This document shows, piece after piece, positions 1 to 8,500 of a stretch of DNA of 64,000 nucleotides. Origin of the DNA: Paramoeba atlantica (Eukaryota; Protista; Discosea); assembly GCA_977017575.1 (NCBI GenBank), contig CDRNVI010000029.1:1-64000 (forward strand). Reading direction: 5' to 3'. Below the pieces are notes generated by a model, which was not told the DNA's origin, made no database searches, and worked only from the letters and a program-made list of their open reading frames with translations. Within the stretch, counting starts at the first letter, position 1, and each line of letters opens with the position of its first letter. The translations under genes and the position numbers were made by a program.

Positions 1-190
1 TCTTTCTTCCTCTTTCTTCCTCTTTCTTCCTCTTTCTTCCTCTTTCTTCCTCTTTCTTCCTCTTTCTTCCTCTTTCTTCCTCTTTCTTCCTCTTTCTTCC
101 TCTTTCTTCCTCTTTCTTCCTCTTTCTTCCTCTTTCTTCCTCTTTCTTCCTCTTTCTTCCTCTTTCTTCCTCTTTCTTCCTCTTTCTTCC
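1..190. repeat. Perfect tandem repeat (TCTTTCTTCC) x19, cut off by the window start
   Basis: Read directly from the sequence; abuts a family G 3' fragment at 191. Confidence 0.97.
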
Positions 191-815
191 ACCCATGTAC
201 AGCAACAAAAATATACGGACTCAGTCCGTGACGCTAACGGGGTGACGGCCGGGTCATTTGCGGAGCGCTATGCTACCGAAAACAAGAGAAGACAACGGGA
301 AGAGGCTAACACGGCTGGGTACAAGTTCGCGGCAATGGTAGTAGAGTCCTATGGCGCCTGGAGTCCCAGCGCCATGGCGGTTCTTAGGGAAATTTCAACT
401 AGAAAGTCGGCGAACTCAGGGGATACCCTCCCTAAAAGCGATGCCTTGCATCACCTCCTTTCATCTCTCAACATTACCCTCATGAGGTCGCAAGCTCGCA
501 TGCTTGTATTACGATCCCCAGCGGCGGGCCCTGACACAGTGCTCTTAGGTTACGGAAAAGAGGAGTAGGAGCTCAGTAGGAAAGTGAAGGAGTCGGTGTC
601 AAGGGAGGAGGCCTCGTTTCTATTTGCTGGTTTTTCTCGGGTGGTTTCTTTTTGGGGCTTTGGGTATTCGTTTTTTTGGGGAAGGTTTTTTTTTTTTGGG
701 GGGTGGGAACGGGTTCTTATTTGCTGTTTTTTGGGCCGTTTGCTCGGTTGAACATTCTTTTACTTTTCGTACAGTTGCTTGTTTCTATTCTGAGCCTAAC
801 TTTAAAAAGTATCTA
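191..815 (+). mobile_element. 5'-truncated family G 3' end: RLE C-terminus (ORF 242-568) plus T-rich 3' UTR
   Basis: Near-identical to about 58877-59490; encodes MVVESYGAWS...LNITLMRSQARM. Confidence 0.92.
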
Positions 816-1092
816 AAAAAAAAAAAAAGTAGTAAGTGTCTAGCAAAAAAAAGGACTCCACTCTTTCGGCCGAAGAAAAATTTCAGAAACTACGAGAATT
901 GCATCCTGATGGGCCCCAAAAAAAAAAAAAAAAAAAAAAAAAGGCTAATATCGGGTCAAATGCCCCGGAAGGGGGTTATAATTTTCAAAAAAAAAAAAAA
1001 AAAAATTCTAACACACACTTTCATTCAAATATTTTCATCGCATTCAAACGAACACAGAATTTAGGCAAAAAAAAAAAAAAAAAAACTTAGAT
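816..1092 (+). other. Mosaic of short fragments separated by oligo(A) runs; one fragment encodes a family-E-like peptide
   Basis: About 853-917 reads DSTLSAEEKFQKLRELHPDGP versus family E DSALPLWEKVDKLRDLHPKGP; several A runs of 8-25 nt. Confidence 0.7.
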
Positions 1093-1128
1093 ACTTAACG
1101 ATAAAGATACAGTTTCTGTACCTTGTTG
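1093..1128 (+). other. Spliced-leader-like sequence heading family A copy 1
   Basis: ACTTAACGATAAAGATACAGTTTCTGTACCTTGTTG; CAGTTTCTGTAC core and TTG end as in kinetoplastid/diplonemid SL exons. Confidence 0.85.
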
Positions 1129-1174
1129 AATTATTTTCTTTATTTCATCTTTTCCAGGTACGCGGTTCTTTCTC

Positions 1175-4100
1175 ATGTCTGAAGACGATCTTCTCAAAGC
1201 CTCACCTCCGCCGATGGACGACGATTCATTTTTACAAGAGGAAGCAGTACACAATAGAGGATCCTGGGACCAGTTTGCTGGAAACGCACATCTCATTAAG
1301 CAACGGAGTACGTATAACGAATTGCTCTACACGACCCCTATTCCTGCGAACATTCCGGAAGAATGGAACATGAACGCCGCCTTGATCTCAACTGAGAACC
1401 AGACACGTGATACGGGACAGGTAGATAGTAGCGATGAGGAAACAAACCACTCACGAGTCATCAGATTACATCATGGACACCAAAAAATGCAATCTGATAG
1501 TAACACTATCACTAAAAAGTTTACTCGATGCCAACCATCTTCCACACCCCCAAGCGTCAAAGGGAATCGGGGAATCGTAAAGTCTCATCGAAAAGCGCGC
1601 GAACCAGCTACACCTCGAAAAGGGGAAGCGACGGAACATAACCCCGAAAACAACTCTCCACGCCAAATAATACAAGGAACTTCCCTTGAAATCCCACCTT
1701 CGACGAGCGAACCAGTTCTCACGTTTCCATCTTCCCAAAACCGTCCGACACAAAGGGAGTGCCCCGCAGAAAACTGTATTTGGAAAACTCGTGCCCATGG
1801 AGGTCAATGGCAGTCGTACTACAACCACGTTGCTTACCGACACGGAAATAACATACCCAATGACTGGTGGACAAAGGAAGGACGATTTCTCTGCGACGCA
1901 TGCGGTCGTCATTACGATATTAGCAAGAAAACTTCTCATTTGAATCATTGTAAAATGCAATCTACACCGCCCTCCTCGCAGCCGCCCTCACAACCACAGC
2001 AGCCTTCACAGCTGTCAGAGTCCGGAGAAGCCATGTACGATATGCAAGGTACGCATAGTCTACCGTCCCTAGAGGAAGTTTGCACGACCCAAATAAGCAC
2101 GTGCAAGGATGTCCCACACCGATGTCGATATCTGTGGACCAGAATTTTTACCGCAGCCCTCTCCACCGCGGTAAACGAAAACTCACTGAGAGCCTGGACC
2201 CTTCTTGCCTTGCTTCCGAAATGCGTCCTACCAGCCCCGTACCGAGGAGGCCGTAAAGCTCACAAGTCCTATACCTCCTACATCTCAAAGCGAATGGAAC
2301 TTTGGATACAAGGCCAATATACCACCCTATGGGCCCAAGCAAATTCGGAGCATGACAGGAAGCGCTCAAAAGTGCCGAATAATGAGATTGAGGGTGAAGA
2401 AGACAAGGCTGCAATACGGGCTGAAATTCTGGTTCGCCAAGGAGAATTTTCCCGAGGCATGGCTGCCCTTACTGCAGCTCCACTTGCACCATACAGCGAG
2501 GAAACCCTGCTAAAGCTGCAGGAAAAACACCCTAGCCCCCATGGTAATCCCATCTCGTGCCCCCTACCTCCCCTGGAAGAAGAAGCTTTAAAACTGGACG
2601 AATCCGAGGTAAGAAAAGCAGTAGATACCTTCCGTCGCGGATCCTCTGCTGGGACTATGGGGCTCCGGCCTGAACACCTCCAAACAGCGCTTCAAGAGCA
2701 CGTCGACCAGAATATGAATCCTCTTACGACGCTCACTTCCTTCGTAAACCATCTTCTAGCTGGCAAAGCCCCAGACGAAGTGCAACCTTTTTTTGCAGGG
2801 GCACGGCTATGCGCACTCGAAAAAGGGGAAGATGACGTGCGGCCTATCGCTGCGGGGGAAACCCTTAGACGCCTGGTGAGCAAGGCAGTATGCCTTTCGA
2901 TAAAAGAAAAAGCAGGATCCTTCTTTGGACGTCGTCAATACGGAGTCGCAGCGTCTGCTGGGGCGGAAAGAGTGATACACCTTTGTCGCCGTCTAATGAG
3001 AAATAATGAAGAAAATGAGAACATAACGTTCTGTAAGGTGGATCTTCGGAACGCCTTTAATAACGTGAGCCGACCCGTCTTCATCTTCCTCACACGAAAG
3101 CATTTCCCTGAACTATCCCCATGGGTAGAATGGTGTTATGCCAATCATAGCTGTCTTACATTCGGCGATGATTTTATCCCCTCGGCAGAAGGAGTGCAAC
3201 AAGGAGACCCTCTGGGCCCACTCCTCTTCTCTTTGGTGTTAGCAGAGGTAACAGAAGAAATTGCATCAAATTCTAACCTACGAACACAATTATGGTATTT
3301 AGATGACGGTGTGCTTGTAGGTGATCCCAAAGAAGTCCGTAAAGCCCTAGACGTCCTCGACGAGATAGGACCGAAGTGGGGACTCTTCCTGAATCTCTCC
3401 AAGTGCGAGATCATTACCCCCCCAGCATCAGCTCATACCTCCGTTTTCTTTCCTGACATCCCCAGTGATAAAATACGGTACGACGGGAACTTCGACATTC
3501 TTGGAAGCCCAATAGGCTCTGCGGAACACTGTGCGGAGTTTCTCATGACACACGCGATTGAACCAGCCCGCGAAACATTAGAAGCTACTGCTGTGTTAGA
3601 AGATCCCCAAATAGCTCTCGCACTAATACGGCAATGTTCGGGGTTTTGTCAGATGGTGTACGCACTGCGCACCACTCCTCCCCAAGCCCTTGGAGAATTA
3701 TGCCAAAAACTTGACTCTCATCTAGTCCAGGCCGTGGAGCACGCAATTTCTCCCTTAGGCGTCGCCGCTCGCGACCAAATACAACGACCAAAACGCCACG
3801 GCGGGTTCGGACTTCGCTCATCAATTCTCCACCAGTCAGCAGCCTACGTTTCTTCCGTCGCGCACGCCGCTAGCTTGGACAACTGGGACCCCACAGAAGC
3901 TGAGGGATTTTCCAGCTCAGCACATGACATAAATGACAAAGTTGGGACTGATCTGGTTGATCCATACACTGGACGCATTACCAAACCTAGTGTGCCTGGT
4001 GAATATCATGCAAATCGGAGCATCCTTTCCCGCCCAGCGAAAAGAAAACTCGCACTATCCCTCAATCACTCCCTTCTCCCGGTCTCGACGGATCAGGAAA

Positions 4101-4975
4101 AGATCATCCCGAGGCAAAAACATCTCAGCCAAGCTATCTCGGATAGGGAATTTCAAACGGCATATTCAAAGGCAGACGCAAGAACGCGGGCGCGATGGAT
4201 CTCGCAGTCCGGAAAAGGGGCCGGAAACTGGGCTTTCGCAACTCCCTCCAAGACCAGAGGCTACGCTTTCACTCACACGGAGTTTCGTACCCTAACACGC
4301 TGGTGGCTAGGCATGGGCGTCTTCCCCGAAGATCGGCCTTGCCCAGCTGACGGGTGCACCCTTCCCTTGCTCAAGAATGGAGAGCACGCTTTGCTCTGCA
4401 AGAACGGCCATGGTATCATCTCACGGCACAACGCTCTGGCCCAACAATTTACATCGTTCTGCAGCAGGGCCTTCCTGGCGCCACAGAGAGAGAAGAGTTT
4501 GGGAAATCGGGGTCCTGGGGGGGCTCTCACGAGACCAGCGGACGTATTTCTGCCAACGGCCTCCATCGCCAAAGGATCTTTAGCGCAAGGCATGGTCCTA
4601 GATTTTGCGGTCACTCACGCACAGCAAACAAAGTATTCGGACTCAGTCCACAATGCTAGCTGGGTGACCCCGGGGTCTTTTGCTGAGCACTTCGCGGAGA
4701 CCAAGGCGCGACAGCGACAAGAAGCAGAAAAAGCAGGACATCTCTTCACAGCGATGGTAGTGGAATCCTTTGGTTCCTGGAGCGAGAGTGCGCTAGCGTT
4801 ACTCCGGGACATCGGAACCCAACGGGCGAATGCGTCCAAAGGGCTCCTTTCACGAGACCAAGCGCGAAACGATCTCCTAACGGATCTGAACGTGACGCTA
4901 ATGCGTTCTCAAGCCAGGATGATGGTTTCGCGCATCCGCGTAGAGGACCCAGCGGATCCTTTGGTAGAGGCTTAA
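1175..4975 (+). CDS. Family A polyprotein, 1266 aa: LsmAD-like, C2H2 and CCHC Zn fingers, reverse transcriptase, Zn knuckle, RLE
   Basis: WDQF...STYNELLYTT; CPAENC...HVAYRH; RPIAAGE, DLRNAFN, QQGDPLGP, WYLDDG; HALLC...RHN, RPADV, LDFAV. Confidence 0.95.
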   Translation: MSEDDLLKASPPPMDDDSFLQEEAVHNRGSWDQFAGNAHLIKQRSTYNELLYTTPIPANIPEEWNMNAALISTENQTRDTGQVDSSDEETNHSRVIRLHHGHQKMQSDSNTITKKFTRCQPSSTPPSVKGNRGIVKSHRKAREPATPRKGEATEHNPENNSPRQIIQGTSLEIPPSTSEPVLTFPSSQNRPTQRECPAENCIWKTRAHGGQWQSYYNHVAYRHGNNIPNDWWTKEGRFLCDACGRHYDISKKTSHLNHCKMQSTPPSSQPPSQPQQPSQLSESGEAMYDMQGTHSLPSLEEVCTTQISTCKDVPHRCRYLWTRIFTAALSTAVNENSLRAWTLLALLPKCVLPAPYRGGRKAHKSYTSYISKRMELWIQGQYTTLWAQANSEHDRKRSKVPNNEIEGEEDKAAIRAEILVRQGEFSRGMAALTAAPLAPYSEETLLKLQEKHPSPHGNPISCPLPPLEEEALKLDESEVRKAVDTFRRGSSAGTMGLRPEHLQTALQEHVDQNMNPLTTLTSFVNHLLAGKAPDEVQPFFAGARLCALEKGEDDVRPIAAGETLRRLVSKAVCLSIKEKAGSFFGRRQYGVAASAGAERVIHLCRRLMRNNEENENITFCKVDLRNAFNNVSRPVFIFLTRKHFPELSPWVEWCYANHSCLTFGDDFIPSAEGVQQGDPLGPLLFSLVLAEVTEEIASNSNLRTQLWYLDDGVLVGDPKEVRKALDVLDEIGPKWGLFLNLSKCEIITPPASAHTSVFFPDIPSDKIRYDGNFDILGSPIGSAEHCAEFLMTHAIEPARETLEATAVLEDPQIALALIRQCSGFCQMVYALRTTPPQALGELCQKLDSHLVQAVEHAISPLGVAARDQIQRPKRHGGFGLRSSILHQSAAYVSSVAHAASLDNWDPTEAEGFSSSAHDINDKVGTDLVDPYTGRITKPSVPGEYHANRSILSRPAKRKLALSLNHSLLPVSTDQEKIIPRQKHLSQAISDREFQTAYSKADARTRARWISQSGKGAGNWAFATPSKTRGYAFTHTEFRTLTRWWLGMGVFPEDRPCPADGCTLPLLKNGEHALLCKNGHGIISRHNALAQQFTSFCSRAFLAPQREKSLGNRGPGGALTRPADVFLPTASIAKGSLAQGMVLDFAVTHAQQTKYSDSVHNASWVTPGSFAEHFAETKARQRQEAEKAGHLFTAMVVESFGSWSESALALLRDIGTQRANASKGLLSRDQARNDLLTDLNVTLMRSQARMMVSRIRVEDPADPLVEA

Positions 4976-5020
4976 GCCTCTACTGACAGTCCAGTTTCAG
5001 CACGAAGACGCCATAATATC

Positions 5021-5259
5021 CAGGACGGGTGCTGGCCGGGTCGACAGAGTCTATACTCACGCCTAGCCCGCGAGGGCTAGGTACCCCAAGTGAGGTAGTA
5101 CACGGGTAGTGAATCTCCTCCCCGTCGGTCAGCATCCTGTTTCGCGACCGTGTCGCTGTCGACACAGGCCCGCGCCTGCGCCCTCCCATATAGCAAGGGA
5201 AGGGTTCACAAGTCAGGCCGTGGAGTGGTCGAAAGACCCGGTCCGGAACGCGCGAATGG
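5021..5259 (+). ncRNA. Conserved structured 3' UTR RNA element (family A)
   Basis: Several helices with compensatory changes versus families B and C; GCGA and GAAA tetraloops. Confidence 0.8.
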
Positions 5260-5588
5260 ATTGGGCGTGGATTGCTTCCTTTTTTATTATTATTGTTATC
5301 AGAATCATAAATAACTTAAGGCAGGTTGAATTACTAGTTTTGGGCTACAACATGTGAAATTGCTAATTTGATTGCTTGTTTACAAATCATATACCCCCCC
5401 CAATGGACCTTCATGGTTCATGTATTGGGTAATATAGAGGCAATGCCGCTTTTCATACTTCTCCCCCCTTAAAAAAAAAAAAAAAAACGATAAAGATACG
5501 TTAAAGATACTTTAACGATAAAGATACAGTTTCTGTACCTTGTTGAATTTTTTTTTTACGTAGTATTCTCTCGGGGCCCAGCTCTTTT

Positions 5589-8500
5589 ATGACGCAAACC
5601 AATACTCCTCAGAGCCCCGCACGCTCGAACGAGGACCACCCCTCATTCCATATGAGTGCAAAGGAAGGAGCTCTCAGCGTAGGCGCTCTCGCCGACGAAG
5701 AACGTGCGCACTCTCTCGGCAGTTGGGACCAATTCCAAGGAAACAAGCATTTGATTCGCGCTGTCAGCACATACGACGAACAACTCTACACTACACCAAT
5801 CCCGGCGAATATTCCTAAGGAATGGTTGGAACGCGCACGTCACATCTCCCAGGAAAAGGAAACCCCAGACACGGGCCACGTAGAGGCCGAAGACGAGGAG
5901 ATGCAGCACTGTGGGGTGAGAAGGCAGAAAATTACTCACGAGGCTACACCCACATCAAAGATCCCCGATGAAGCTCGGACGCTCAAATCCGCAGTGAAGG
6001 ATGCTCTTTCCCACCAAGGTCGAAACACTTCCCCATCGAAAGGAGTTACCAAAGCGGACTCGCGCTCGTCAAGGCGAACACCGGAGCCCCGGACATATTT
6101 CTCTTCACCGCGACACGCCGCAAACCAAAATAACTTCGCTGAAAAGACACAAACAAGAGAAGAGACTCGGGAATGTCCGGCCATGGGATGCACTTGGAGA
6201 AGTCTGCCGCACGGAGGGTCTTGGCAAGCGTTTTATAACCACGTCGCGTGTCGCCACGGAAACGGAGTTCCCGCTACCTGGTGGGATGCAGAAGGCCGAT
6301 TTCTTTGCAACTTATGCGGGCGCCATTATGACATCAACAAAAGGGAAGCTCATCCACAAGCCTGCAAAGGGAACGTTGCGAACCCCCAAATCCCATCGCG
6401 CGCAGCACACTCGAGCGACCCAAGCCACCTTCCGGGGACTCAAACTCATCACTCTGAACTTCCCTCGCTATCCTCTATCTGCACGCTGCGCCTGAACACT
6501 TGCAAGGACGTGCCTCCACGTTGCCGTCAACTGTGGGGAGAAATTATCACCAAAGCAGCCCAAAACGCAGTCACCGAAAACTCTACAGCCGCGTGGACCC
6601 TATTCGCCATGCTCCCCAAGTGCTTACTACCCGCCCCACACCGAGGAGGACGTAAGAACCACACAACTTACGCATCATACGTCCAGAAGTGCATGAACCG
6701 ATGGCTCGCGCAAGATTATGTCTCCCTATGGAATGAAGCAGTAGACAACGCACTCAAGAAACAATCTGTAGCCCCTACAACCGTTCACGACGAAGAGGAA
6801 AAGGCAGCTATCCGAGCAGAGCTTCTAGCTCGACAAGGCGAGTACTCTAGGGGTATGGCTGCACTCACGGCGGATGCTATGGCGCCTGACGACGAAGACA
6901 CACTCCTCAAACTTCAGAGCAAGCACCCGCCCCGACATCCAGACAGTGACATCATCGACTATACGCCTCCGCCCACAGCGCCCCTAATAATGGATGAACC
7001 CGTGGTAGCGAAAACTATCAAGAGCTTTCACCGGGGTTCCTCGTCCGGAACCATGGGTTTACGACCCGAGCACTTGCAAGCTGTACTCCTGGCGCACGTA
7101 GATAACACCGTGAAACCCCTTACTGCCCTTAAAAACCTCGTGAATCATCTACTAGCCGGGAAAGAACCCCTAGAGGTACAACCATATTTTGCGGGAGCCA
7201 GACTTTGCGCGCTTGAAAAGGGCGAAAATGACGTCCGCCCCATAGCAGCGGGAGAAACGATACGTCGATTGGTAAGCAAAGCGGCTTGCAATGCAGTGAG
7301 GAGCAAAGCCAGGGAATTTTTTAAGGGACTACAGTTCGGCGTCGCGACACCGGCCGGTTCGGAACGAATAATTCACACTTGCCGGCACGCAATGACAATT
7401 CATACGGACAACCCCGACATGGTATTATGTAAAGTCGACCTAAGCAACGCATTCAACAACGTTAGCAGAGCAACTTTCTTGAAACTTGTAGGCGAACATT
7501 TTCCGGAATTGTTCCCCTGGGCTAGCTGGTGCTATACGACAACTAGTGCTTTGACCTATCGTGACCACACACTCCTTTCGGATGAAGGCGTCCAACAGGG
7601 CGATCCCCTGGGACCACTTTTCTTTTCACTGGTCTCCTTGGAACTTGCAAAAGAAATCTATCACCAGGCCGACCTGGACTTGCAGCTATGGTACCTAGAC
7701 GACGGGATTCTCATTGGCAGGGCAGAAGACGTCAGGAATTCGTTGGATACAATCGCCAGAGTAGGTCCGCGATGGGGCCTATATCTGAACATGTCCAAGT
7801 GCGAAATAATCACCCCCCCTGCCTCGGCTAACGTTGTAACCATATTTCCGGACATACCCGACGCCAAAATAAACGTGTGCGGTAACTTTAGTGTCCTAGG
7901 AAGCCCAATTGGGTCCCCTGAGTACTGTACTGAATATCTGCTGACACACGCGGTTGAGCCCGCTGAAATGGCCCTTGATGCCATAACCAGAATCCGGGAC
8001 CCCCAGGTAGCCATGGCGCTAATTCGACAATGTGCTGGATTCTGCAAATTGGTACATGCTCTACGAACGACGCCCCCGCAATCAGTTATGAACCTCTGCA
8101 AGCGGCTCGACGACTTCCTAATGCACGCGGTCGAATCCACTCTATGTCCTTTGCCTCCCTCCGCACGCGCCCAAATTCAGCGCTTGAAAAGACACGGAGG
8201 TTTCGGTTTAAAATCGGCGACCGTGCACGCATCCTCCGCTTACGCCTCCTCTGTAGTTTTCGCGGCGGCCACGGACTCATGGGATGCTTCAGAAGTGGAG
8301 GGCTTTCTACAATCGATTGAAGACGTGAATTCGAAAGTTGGTATCAGTCTACTCGACTCAAACGGACTCGTGCGTTCCATCCCGCGCCATAAATGTGAAG
8401 AACTCTCCCCCAAAGCTCGCTTCACCAAGAGATCTCGCGAGGGAGAAACCAGACATCCCTTTGAACCCGCAAATCCGCCTTCCCTTCCTCGTGACCGCGC

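Larger units (their letters stand above)
1093..5487 (+). mobile_element. Full-length family A CRE/SLACS-like non-LTR retrotransposon
   Basis: SL, single ORF, structured 3' UTR, poly(A) at 5471-5487. Confidence 0.93.

Noticed and set aside
624-1090. ORFs 624-1064 and 836-1090 as genes
   Set aside because: They run through T-rich UTR and poly(A) tracts (poly-Lys/Phe); only a short internal piece is coding-derived.
1093-1128. U2 snRNA target (Utopia-like) or a genuine SL RNA gene
   Set aside because: No U2 match; the leader is followed by element-specific UTRs, not a GT-starting SL intron or Sm site.
5021-5259. Structured RNA as 5S rRNA, SRP, RNase P, tRNA, group I/II intron or a definite HDV ribozyme
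   Set aside because: I could not match the diagnostic conserved cores by eye; only the GCGAATGG end recalls HDV, so it is left unassigned.
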